Numbered from the stretch's first letter, positions 9,750 to 20,276 are shown. The stretch is 30,259 nucleotides of DNA from Octopus sinensis (GCF_006345805.1 NW_021834750.1:1-30259); one strand, 5' to 3'. The notes: generated by a model not told the origin, from the sequence alone. Made by a program: numbers and translations.

Positions 9750-9946
9750 AATCCTTTCTACCAAAGGCACAAGCCCTGAAATTTAATGATGGGAAGGGAC
9801 TAGTCGATTATATCGACCCCAGTGGTTCACTGGTACTTAATTTATTGACCCCGAAATGTTGAAAAGCAAAGTCGACTTCAGCAGAATTTGAACTCAGAAC
9901 GTATGGACCGGCGAAATGCTGCTAACGATTTTGCCAGCTCGGTGCC
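9750..9946 (-). mobile_element. SINE group D-related copy
   Basis: aatttgaactcagaacg (B box on minus), gtcgattatatcgacccc, ggtactta, as in 15318-15546 and 25776-26370. Confidence 0.8.
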
Positions 9947-9969
9947 TTAATAATAATAATAATAAAAAT

Positions 9970-10527
9970 AAATGTCCTGATGCTGTACCAGGCAGTAGCT
10001 GTCATGGCTTCTGATCTTAACTGATTGGAAGTGTTATTATGTACATTGTTTTGTCTTGGTATAAAAGATGGGCTACAGCAAATATTCTGCTCAATACCAA
10101 AGATTTGCTTGTCAATTGTTTGACCGTAACCAGTTGAGCATGACCCTTAGTGGCTGACGATATGTGCATCTCTGATCACGAGCAGAAGTAGTAGGGGAGC
10201 ATCATAGCCATGTGTTGAGAGGGATTCTTTGGAGTTTGAATAATTCACCTCTGGAAACATGGGTGTTTCGTTCAACATCCTTAAATAACCCTTATTCAGG
10301 GACCTTTTGAGCGGGACGGGTTACTGGACCAGAAGAAAATTCTAACTGGGCCCCACGTTTAAGGTCATGCAATGTTTATCTTGATATGAGAACACCATGT
10401 CGCACACATATGGTTATGATGCATGTGCCTGGTGTACCCTTATCAGACGGGTAGTCATGATGGGTATACTTGGTTTCGTATATTTTACCCCAGTGTCACT
10501 TTGATGGCATGCACTGCTCTCTCACTC

Positions 10528-10578
<51 letters not shown>

Positions 10579-10579
10579 C
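9970..10579 (+). mobile_element. Putative 5'-truncated non-LTR retroelement 3' end with (AAT)n tail
   Basis: About 560 bp of non-repetitive sequence bounded by (TAA)n at 9947-9965 and a long (AAT)n at 10528-10579. No ORF motif recognised. Confidence 0.45.
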
Positions 10580-10644
10580 ATCCTTTCTATAACAAGCACA
10601 AGGCCTGAAATTTTAGGGGACGGGTTTAGTCAATTACATTGACC
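10579..10644 (-). mobile_element. 3' tail fragment of a group D-related SINE
   Basis: atcctttcta....gcacaaggcctgaaattt..gtcaattacattgacc parallels 9750-9815. Confidence 0.6.
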
Positions 10645-10745
10645 ACCGTATTCTAATAAAACTTAGAATACGGAGTGTAAACATTAAGCAGAGAAATGTT
10701 ATGTATTTCTTATCCGGCTGATGAAGTCTTGCAAGCACACACACA

Positions 10746-10785
<40 letters not shown>

Positions 10786-10872
10786 ACTAGGTAGTTCGTC
10801 ATCAGGGAATATTTCTTCTGTGTATGTGGAATGTGTGTGCAATGTGCGTTCAGATTTCACGTTTAGGAAATA

Positions 10873-11049
10873 GGAGATATAGCGTGAAACAGTATGTGAT
10901 ATGGCTGGCCCTTTGAAATACAGACACAACTCATTTTTGCCAGCTGAGTGGACTGGAGCAACGTGAAATAAAGAAGGTCTTGCTCAAGGACACAACGCAT
11001 CGCCGGGAATTGAACTCAAGTCTTTACGATCGTTGCCGAATATCCTAAC
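10873..11049 (-). mobile_element. SINE group C (CORE-like centre), tail-truncated, inside duplicated block
   Basis: Minus strand gagttcaattcccggcg (B box) and gtgtccttgagcaagac..tttatttcacgttgctccagtccactcagctgg. Confidence 0.8.
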
Positions 11050-11591
11050 AAACTTTTCTGCCACGGCGATTTTGTCTTTTCAAAGGTTATTCTGGACTAC
11101 ATCATCTAATGTCTCCTTCCATGTTTAAGAAAGCAGTAATGTGATCTGGAGACGATTAAACTGTTATTTCTAGCGACCACATTGACCTCGTAGACTCTTA
11201 CAAGGTGGGCCATTATTGTGAATAAGATGTCATTGACATTAGGATACATTATGACATGTCATTGATCATAGAATACATAAGTATCCTGATGGGGTTACCG
11301 TCGCTCTTCTTTGTGGCCCTTCTTTGACATATTTCAGTGTAAAATATTGCATGTGTATGCAGGGAGAGGTTTCATCCCTAATATTGATTGTACAATGCTT
11401 AATTTCAGTATATGTATGTATGTTGGATATGTGTCTTGATGTTTCGATCTAGATGTTTATTTTTCCTCTTGTGACGCTGACTGCGGCAACCAACTCTGTT
11501 TCTTCGAATGTCTAAGTAGTTTTTCAATTTTAACAGTATTATTTCGATATGTAGGTGACTTGTGTGTATATGATCTGTTATAATGTATAAT

Positions 11592-11965
11592 GTGGAGGCG
11601 CAATGGCCCAGTGGTTAGGGCAGCGGACTCGCGGTCGTAGGATCGCGGTTTCGATTCCCAGATCGGGCGTTGTGAGTGTTTATTGAGCGAAAACACCTAA
11701 AGCTCCACGAGGCTCCAGCAGGGGATGGTGGTGATCCCTGCTGTACTCTTTCTCTCACTCTTACTTCCTGTTCTGTTGTACCTGTATTTCAAAGGGCCGG
11801 CCTTGTCACTCTCTGTGTCACGCTGAATATCCCCGAGAACTACGTTAAGGGTACACGTGTCTGTGGAGTGCTCAGCCACTTGCACGTTAATTCCACGAGC
11901 AGGCTGTTCCGTTGATCGGATCAACCGGAACTCTCATCGTCGGAACCGACGGAGTGCTTCCATCC
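11592..11965 (+). mobile_element. tRNA(Arg)-derived SINE, group B head with group C-type tail
   Basis: gtggaggcgcaatggcccagtggttagggcagcggactcgcgg head, B box gtttcgattccc, 10-bp direct repeat ataatgtata at 11580-11589 and 11966-11975. Confidence 0.9.
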
Positions 11966-11976
11966 ATAATGTATAG

Positions 11977-12290
11977 CAGTTTTTCAACCATTTTTGCCAA
12001 TGGACCCTTTTGATTACTATTTCACTCTGTTGGACGCCCATCGCCACCAGACGTTCAAACGCTAACTTTATAGAAACTGCTTTCAAAATTCCTATTTTCT
12101 TTTTCACACATTTACTTTTGCAGGTTGAACTACGTAAAACATTAGAGAAAGATACTTAACTGTTTCTTCTTATAAATACATCTAAAACAAAATCTTTTCA
12201 AGGACTTTTAATATGCTACTTTGGATTTCAAATTTGCTAGTTGTTATTTGCTTGCGTGGACCACCCCAAAAAAATCATATATGGGTCCCG
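11977..12290 (+). mobile_element. Possible degraded hAT/Charlie-like MITE
   Basis: Begins cagtttttcaaccattttt..tggaccc, resembling CAGTGGTTCTCAAC-type ends, with gtggaccacccc near 12256. Right TIR not clearly seen. Confidence 0.3.
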
Positions 12291-12372
12291 AGGGCGTCAT
12301 GTGAATACGGAAAAAAAACGAAGAGAGAAACAAATGTGTAGGGGTTAACGGTTCAACATATATATACATATA

Positions 12373-12788
12373 GGCGCAGGAGTGGCTGTGTGGTAAGTAG
12401 CTTGCTTACCAACCACATGGTTCCGGGTTCAGTCCCACTGCGTGGCACCTTGGGCAAGTGTCTTCTACTATAGCCCCGGACCGACCAAAGCCTTGTGAGT
12501 GGATTTGGTAGACGGAAACTGGAAGAAGCCCGTCGTATATATGTATATATATAAATGTGTGTGTGTGTGTGGTATGTTCGTGTGTCTGTGTTTGTCCCAC
12601 AACATCGCTTGACAACCGATGCTGGTGTGTTTACGTCCCTGTAATTTAGCGGTTTGGCAAAAGAGACCGATAGAATAAGTACTAGGCTTACAAAGAATAA
12701 GTCCTGGGGTCGATTTGCTCGACTAAAGGCGGTGCTCCAGCATGGCCGCAGTCAAATTACTGAAACAAGTAAAAGAGAGAGTAAAGAG
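12373..12788 (+). mobile_element. SINE group A, young full-length copy
   Basis: Complete head, body and tail; flanking direct repeat gttaacggttcaa at 12344-12356 and 12794-12806. Confidence 0.95.
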
Positions 12789-13071
12789 CATATGTTAACG
12801 GTTCAATATATATAAATGCCCAATCACGCAATTTCAACTTTTGCGAGGAAAATCTGTGGAACTCGTGTGAACCTGTACCTGTCTTAGAAAATGAATGTAT
12901 GAAAATAGAAGAGTACGATAATAGAAGAGTACAATATGTGAAAATAGAAGAGTACAATATGTGAAATAGCATAAATGAAACGAGATGGATAAGAGTTGGA
13001 CAGAGGGACAACGTGAAAGGTTGCAATAGGTGGACAAAAGTGATGGGCAAAATGTGAATGGGAGGATATAA

Positions 13072-13374
13072 CTGGCACCCAGTCGGTTATAATGAACAGG
13101 ATTCAAGTTGATCCAATCAACGGAACAGACTGTTCGTGAAATTAACGTGCATGAGGCTGAGTATTCCACAGATACCAGTACCCTTAACGTACTTCTCAGG
13201 GAGATTTAGCGTGATACAGTATGTGATATGGCTGGCCCTTTGAAATACAGATACAACTCATTTTTGCCAGCTGAGTGGACTGGAGCAACGCGAAATAAAG
13301 TGTCTTGCTCAAGGACACAACGCATCGCCAGGAATTGAACTCAAGTCTTTACGATCGTCGCCGAATGCCCTAAC
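13072..13374 (-). mobile_element. SINE group C, with full tail
   Basis: Same head and centre as 10873-11049, plus a tail matching 11785-11958 in reverse complement. Confidence 0.85.
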
Positions 13375-13551
13375 AAACTTTTCTTCCACGGCAATTTTGT
13401 CATTTGAATGGTTATTCTGAACTACATCATCTAATGTCTCCTTCCATGTTTAAGAAAGCAGTAATGTGATCTGGAAACGATCAAACTGTTATTTCTAGCG
13501 ACCACATTGACCTCGTAGACTCTTACAAGGTGGGCCATTATTGTGAATAAG

Positions 13552-13750
13552 ATGTCATTGATCAAAGGATACATTATGACATGTCATTGATCACAGGATA
13601 CATTATGACGTTGATCATAGGATACATTATGACATGTCATTGATCATAGAATACATTATGACGTTGATCATAGGATACATTATGACATGTCATTGATCAT
13701 AGGATACATTGATCATCGGATACGTTGATCATAGGATACAACCTTTGATC
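13552..13750. repeat. Minisatellite of 29-bp (A) and 24-bp (B) units, order A-A-B-A-B-A' then decaying
   Basis: A = atgtcattgatcataggatacattatgac, B = gttgatcataggatacattatgac; read directly. Confidence 0.92.
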
Positions 13751-14199
13751 AAAACCCTTCCACACATGACAATTTCGCCTTTGCGAAGTATGCGCAACTA
13801 CATCATCTAACGTCCTTAATTTTTTTCTTTCTCAGTGCTAGGTGGTTTGTTTGATTCGAAGAATATTTAGCTGCTCTTTCCAGCAGTCATGAGATCTCAC
13901 TGTAGCACAGTTATCGGTTTCTCTCATTAACCTCGTTTTCCTGGGGTGGAATTAAGGAGTGTGGCGCTGGTGTTGATGCATTTTATGTCAACAGGATGCT
14001 TCTGGGAATTCCTGAGTCAGTAACTAGATCGCAGCCCTCACTCCTACGCCACCCGCTGTACTACGGTGCCAGTTTAGGGTGGGCGTGTGATGGATATAGG
14101 GTGACATTACGAGTTCGTATTCGGGCACTGGCAGTTTTTGGAGAGCACGTCTATTAAATAGGTGAGGCGAGAATTCTTTCTTTGAGGTGCTGTTTGGGA

Positions 14200-14470
14200 G
14201 ACAGTAGTATAGTAGTAGTAGTAGTAGTGGTGGTTGCGGTCGTGGTGGTGATGGTGGTGGTGGTGGTGGTAGTAGTAGTAGTAGTAGTAAGGGCAGCAGC
14301 AGCTGCAGTAGTAGTGGGAGTAGTAGTAGCAGCAGTGATATCATTACTAATTGGCAATTACAGCTACAGTAGTGGTGGTGGTGATGGTGGTTATAGTAGT
14401 TGTAGCAGCAGAAGAGTACGAAAGTCACTTGCCGCTACTACTACTACTACTACTACTTCTTCTTCTTCTT
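14200..14470. repeat. GTA/GGT/GCA/CTA triplet low-complexity tract
   Basis: Directly visible. Confidence 0.9.
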
Positions 14471-14684
14471 TGATACTAAATAAATTCCTCAATGAAATCA
14501 GGATGATGAAGATGATGACAGCAAAAGTTATGAAAATGCTGATGATAGAGAAGGTTACTGATGAAAAAGAAGAGAAAGCAGAAAAGAGCTAAGATGACTC
14601 ATTGAATTAAATGAATTTTTATTTGGTTTAAAGTGGAGTGGGTGCTAGAAATTTACTATAAAAAAAAAAAAAGATAATTAACAG

Positions 14685-14752
14685 CGACCGCCCCCTCGCA
14701 GTTTGAACCGGCAACTGTTTGCTCCGAAACCTGATGCATTGCCAGCCCGGTC
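14685..14752 (-). pseudogene. Possible degenerate tRNA-Arg(TCG)-like relic
   Basis: GACCGG...TTCGGA...GGTTCAAAC...GCGGTCG with a 5-bp acceptor stem GACCG/CGGTC, followed by a T13 run. D-arm is short and the T-stem does not pair well. Overlaps a candidate exon. Confidence 0.25.
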
Positions 14753-14826
14753 ATCTTCAGTGGCGTGTACTGGCAAATGGCATAGCAGCTGTCAACGAGT
14801 CCGTCAAAACATTTCCTCTGAGCCAT
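14731..14826 (-). other. Candidate 96-nt phase 0-0 exon (MAQRKCFDGLVDSCYAICQYTPLKMTGLAMHQ)
   Basis: Long pyrimidine tract plus caacag acceptor, CAG|gtttcg donor, only one frame open. No homology recognised. Confidence 0.25.
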
Positions 14827-15033
14827 CTGTTGGCAGATGAACGGGGAGGAAGAGAGACAGAGGGAGATGGAAGAGATAGAGAGAGGTGAAAGAGGTGAGG
14901 GTTGAGGTTTACATAGGATGGGGGAAGACGCAGAGCGATGACGTCATATACGTAACGCCGCAAATGATAGTACGACGGAGTGAAAGAGTAAAGAGAGAGC
15001 AAGGGAGATGATAGAAGTGCAAGTTTTATATAT

Positions 15034-15093
<60 letters not shown>

Positions 15094-15317
15094 ATATATA
15101 TATATATAATATCAGGGAGATAGAGACCGAGACAGAGAGAGGGGATATACGGTAGAACAAAGGAAGGAACAGAAGAAAAAGTCATATGGGAAGAATGTGC
15201 ATATTGAAGGAAGTGGTTAATTACTGAGAAAGGGTACGAATGTTTGTGTGCATTCACACTTGTTCAAACACCAACGCGCGGGCACACACTTATATGCATG
15301 CACTGGGTATATATATA

Positions 15318-15546
15318 TATTTCTTTACTGCCCAGAAGGGGCTCAACATGGAGGGGACAAACAAGGACAAACGAAGGGATTGAGTCGATTATATCGCCCC
15401 CAGTGCGAAACTGGTACTTTATTTAATCGACCCCGAAAGGATGAAAGGCAAAGTTGACCTCGGCGGAATTTGAACTCAGAACGTAACGACAGACGAAATA
15501 CCGCTAAGCATTTCGCACGGCACGCTAACGTGTCTGCCAGCTCGCC
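15318..15546 (-). mobile_element. SINE group D, monomeric copy
   Basis: Reverse complement reads cgagctggcagacacgttagc...gagttcaaattccgccgagg...cagtaaagaaata, i.e. head plus one unit of the 25776-26370 element. Confidence 0.92.
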
Positions 15547-15562
15547 GTGTGTGTGTGTGTGT

Positions 15563-15604
<42 letters not shown>

Positions 15605-17200
15605 ATAAGTTTACGTGAACAAACGAAATAGCACTCAATGCATTGTGTAGTGTTTATATTTATAAGTAAACAGATGATGATTCACTCTTGCAGTTATTTG
15701 CCGTGAATGAAATTATAACTGCAAGTCGCTGATAAAGCTACTTTCCAAGTCGTTATTGAAGTCGGTGCTTATTGATCAAAGCAGGTCACTTCACTGAAAT
15801 AGTTACCGACTCTAAATAGAACTAAGACGCAAGAGAGACGACGCCACTGAAGTTTATATTCATCAACAGTGGATGCTAAGCAGTGTGGTCCTTGTGGGTT
15901 GCAATGGTAACCTTTTTAACTCTTGTCTGAGGATGTACAATTGGTAGCAAATTCTACAGAAAAGTCCGCTTGTGGTGACAGTTATACAATAGATCTAACT
16001 TTCTTTTGAGCGATTTCGTTAACTTTTCAATAGCTGAAACTTTCAGATAGAAATCAATATTCATTAAAATCAATAAGCATATAAATTGTATACTTATCTT
16101 TTCGAAGATATTTAAAAACTAACAACGTATTACATAGCGTTCTTAAATTTACTCGTGAAAAAAGTACATATCATTATTATTAAATTCAATAATACAAAAA
16201 AAAAAGAATAACTTTTCACTGCCTATACTATAATATTTTACGTTACGAACTATTCTATAGATCAATCACACTTAATACTTTTAGATTTTAGTTCACATAT
16301 AATAATTATAAAAAAATAAAAATTAAATAAATGTACGTATCTAAATTATTATTAACAAACAAAGCAATTAGAAATTCATATTTTTTCAATCAATAAACAT
16401 ATAAATAAATAAATTACTCCATTATTTCTTAAATAAATATTATACTTATCTTTCCGAAAATATGAAATAAGTATCTAAGCTATGAAGAAGTTTTAATATT
16501 CAAATTTTAATTTTAGCTGCAATATTTTAAGTAAAAAAGTTTCTTATTCTTTACTTTACTAGAAGTAATAGCTTGTCCTATACTTTTACGGGTGTAATAA
16601 CTTGTCCTGTACTTTTCCAGATCTATAATCTTAAGAATATGACTTTTTATGCTCGCAGTTTTCCATGTAATCCATGATTGTTCCAGTCATTGCTGTTATA
16701 AGATAATTAATAATGTGTCACTTAATAATTTAAGATTTTACCTTATAAAATACTGAAAGATAATATTTCAATTTTTTTCCATGTAAGTGATGATAATATT
16801 TCAATTATTTCATATTTAATTTAAATATATGTTGTGATTGAATTATTTGATATTACCCATCCACACCAAATCAATGGCAGGGATTTTAAACATGTTGTTA
16901 GTTGCACCATGGCTCACCAAAAGTCACAAACAACAAGACACCAAAACCATCAGTTACCAGGCTCACCTTAAGTAACCTAATTTTACAATATCACGAGGTC
17001 ATAGGAATTCATTCAACGAAAAATTTCTAATGATTCCGGGATTTTTTTTCCGAACCGAAATAAGGGATTTGCAGCATATTAGGAGGTCAGGGTACTTGAT
17101 TCCACGCAAAAAAATAAAATTTTTTTCTTAGTGAAAATCGTGCGGGTGTTATTATAGAAATTGACCATAATGTTGTTGTTATTTAGGCTCAAATCTTACA

Positions 17201-17262
17201 CCACATATGCATATGTATATACGTATACTTACATGTATACGTATATACATATGCATATGTGG
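17201..17262. repeat. Perfect inverted repeat, 28-bp arms, 6-nt spacer
   Basis: ccacatatgcatatgtatatacgtatac-ttacat-gtatacgtatatacatatgcatatgtgg. Confidence 0.95.
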
Positions 17263-17440
17263 GCACAGGACATCACAAAACGTAAACAATAAAAAATGCG
17301 AAGTTCGAGGACATGGAATATATGAACTTTTTTGCGAACAACGAAAGAAACAAATGGAAAATGAGACAAACAACACAAAGAACGACCCTTCATCAGTTGT
17401 CGACTGTTTTTCTAATCCGTATTTTGAGCAATTCACAAAA
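17263..17440 (-). mobile_element. Interspersed repeat 'P2' (putative Penelope-like fragment)
   Basis: Aligns with 7290-7427; CTGATGAaggg at 17396-17386 on the minus strand. Confidence 0.55.
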
Positions 17441-17943
17441 ATTCGAGCAATTCACAAGATACGCCTTCGATAAAGCAGTTGCTCCCGCAAAGCAAATTAA
17501 ATAAAATTCGGGATTTTGCGGAGGTTCAAAATTAGTGACAAAAACAGGACAGTGAAAACAAACAGGAACGGCTGCTAAGCCTAAATAAGGTGGTGGTGAC
17601 GAACGTGAAGAAACAAGCTCGGACAGGAGGCAGACAAGAAAAGGTCTTTCTTGTCCGGCAGCAAAAGGAAGAAAGAATGAAACACAAATTAAAGAAGAAA
17701 GAAAATGGCCGATGGTCACGTTGGAACCACGTGAGGAAAGAAAGAAGAGGGAGAGTGACAGACAGAGAACTCTGAAGGGGATATATTATATATATATATA
17801 TATATAATTATATATTATATATATATAAGAACAAACTTACTTAGAAATGGATGCGTGCGTTCTGTCGTGTAATAACAAATTAATAAATAAACTTATGCAT
17901 ATATACAATATGTACGTACCTACCTACATCTACATGTATATAT

Positions 17944-18121
17944 ATGCATATATCGGTACAGGACACAAAAAAAACGTCTAACACAATGAGAAACGAAAAC
18001 ATACACACAAAACCAAGGAACTGGACATTTTTCTTAAACAACGAAAAAATAGAGTACAGGACAAATAACAAGGAAAATTCCCCTTCTTCAGTCGCCATGA
18101 TTTCATCTACTCCGCGTTCCG

Positions 18122-18125
<4 letters not shown>
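17944..18125 (-). mobile_element. P2-related interspersed repeat
   Basis: Minus strand ttcggaacgcggagtaga..CTGAAGAagggg followed by a T-rich body, bracketed by TA microsatellites. Confidence 0.45.
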
Positions 18126-18164
<39 letters not shown>

Positions 18165-18166
18165 CA

Positions 18167-18406
18167 CACGTGGAGGTACCCAATAGAAACCGGAATTTTG
18201 CAATATTATTTTATTCACTTAGTTTTACATGCTTATACTTTTACCGCTCTCAAAGTATTCTCTATTTAAAGCACTGGATCGGTCCAAACGCGTTTTCCAC
18301 CGTTCGGAGCAGTCCTAGAACTATTGCAAAGTGATTCCTTTTAGCGTCTCCACTCCCCGTCGTTTTTTCATCTTCCCCTCTTCCACATTTGAAAAACGCT
18401 CACTTA
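18167..18406 (-). mobile_element. Tc1/mariner 3' end: transposase C-terminus plus degenerate TIR
   Basis: Minus-strand translation across frameshifts gives RFSNVEE.K...LKGITLQ*F*DCSERWKTRLDR...NREYFESG (mariner C-terminal GEYFEG region). TIR-like cacgtggaggtacccaatagaaaccggaa at 18167. Confidence 0.7.
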
Positions 18407-18413
18407 TATAGCC

Positions 18414-18831
18414 ATTCTTTTACTTGTTTCAGTCATTTGACTGCGGCCATGCTGGAGCACCGCCTTTTAGTCGAGCAAATCGACCCCGGGACTTATTTTG
18501 TACGCCCGAGTACTTATTCTATCGGTCTCTTTTGCCGAACCGCTAAGTAACGGGGACGTAACACACCAGCATCGGTTGTCAAGCAATGCTAGGGGGACAA
18601 ACACAGACATACACACACACATACAACACACACACCAACACACCCACACACACATATATATATATATTACATATATACGACGGGCTTCTTTCAGTTCCGT
18701 CTACCAAATCCACTCACAAGGCATTGGTCGGCCCGGGCTATAGCAGAAGACACTTGCCCAAGATGCCCCGCAGTGGGACTGAACCCGGAACCGTGTGGTT
18801 GGTTAGCAAGCTACTTACCACACAGCCACTC
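18414..18831 (-). mobile_element. SINE group A, near full length
   Basis: Reverse complement closely matches 12373-12788. Confidence 0.95.
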
Positions 18832-19272
18832 AAAAAAAAAAAAAAAAAGAAAAAGATGAAGTGTAGAGCATGGTGCAAAAACTGAAAGTCAGAATCAAAA
18901 AGATTCTTCCGAGTAACGGAGATTGAAAGACAGATAAAGAGAGAACGAGGGTAAGGAAAATGAGAAGCGTTAGTCTGAGAAAACATGCAGGCATTATAGC
19001 ATTGCATTATGTTTTTCGGTTACTTTGAAATACAATTCCTCAGTTATTTGCCATTGTCGCAGAACGAAGGTGTACCGCAGGGACACATCTCATAGTCAAT
19101 TTAATTCGGTCAATCTACTTGCACACTGCTATCTATGACAATAATAACAGCATCAACTGCTGTATCAGCAGCAGCAGCAAAAACTGTATTACAATTTATG
19201 GGAAAAATCTGAACCTAGAGAGAATCAATCACGTCCGAAGTATATATGCAGATATGTACGAACATAAAGACA

Positions 19273-19320
<48 letters not shown>

Positions 19321-19620
19321 GCACACACGCAATCGCACGCACATACACATGTAATACATGAATACATACACTGATATGCATGCACATACGCATACAGATA
19401 GATGCGTACATGTGCGTTACTGTAAGACAATTAAATGCCTATTAAAGTGAAGTGTCAGGAAATACATCTATTGAACTCAATCTTTGAGGCAACGCCTAAT
19501 GTATGTATGTATGTATGTATGTATGTATGTATGTATGTATGTATGTATGTATGTATGTATGTATGTATGGGAAGAGAGAACGAGTGTGAAAGAGAGACAG
19601 ATAGAGACAGAGAGATACAT

Positions 19621-19882
19621 GCGCAGGCGTGGCTGTATGGTGAGAAGCTTGCTTCACAATTGAAACGCATGGTTCCAAGTTCAGCTCCAGTGCATGGCAC
19701 CTTGGGCAAGTTTTTTCTTCTAAAGCCTCCGGCCGACCAAAGCTTTGTGAGTGTATTTGCTGGACGGAAAACGATAGAAGAACGCGCGCATGCGCGCGTG
19801 TGTCTCTCACTTAATACTTGGTGTGAGTTTGTTTGCGTCTCCGTAACTCAGAGGCTCGGAAGAAAGATGATAGGATAAATAC
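19621..19882 (+). mobile_element. SINE group A, old diverged copy
   Basis: gcgcaggcgtggctgtatgg head and ggcaccttgggcaag core. Confidence 0.75.
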
Positions 19883-19970
19883 ATTAAATATTATGTGTAC
19901 GTACGTATGTATATATATGCATATATATATATATAATATATATATATATATATAATATATATATATATAT

Positions 19971-20183
19971 ATTCTTTTATTCTTTTATTTGTTTCAGTCA
20001 TTTGACTGCGGCCATGCTGGAGCACTGTCTTTAGTCGAACAAATCGACCCCAGGACTTATTCTTTGGATGCCTAGTACTTATGCTATCGGTCTCTATTGT
20101 CGAATTGCTAAGTTACAGGGACGTAAACACACCAGCATCGGTTGTCAAGCGATGTTGGGAGGAAAAATACAGACATACAAACA
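19971..20183 (-). mobile_element. SINE group A, 3' half
   Basis: ttgtttcagtcatttgactgcggccatgctggagcac...gtcaagcgatgttggg; breaks off at the internal microsatellite. Confidence 0.9.
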
Positions 20184-20223
20184 TATATACATATATATAG
20201 ATAGATATAGATAGATAGATATG

Positions 20224-20276
<53 letters not shown>

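Noticed and set aside
10718-10805. CTGATGA motifs at 10718 (+) and 10805 (-) flanking a CA repeat
   Set aside because: No stem II/GAAA/cleavage-site arrangement could be built, so these are not hammerheads.
15870-15906. 37-nt candidate plus-strand exon (caacag|...|gtaacc)
   Set aside because: Weak acceptor and donor, too short to judge, no recognisable peptide.
16060-16620. Diverged AT-rich direct repeats (aatcaataa.catataaat...tatacttatcttt.cgaa at ~16068 and ~16388) and a 29-bp tandem pair at 16565/16594
   Set aside because: Short and very AT-rich; may be an old duplication but too weak to interpret.
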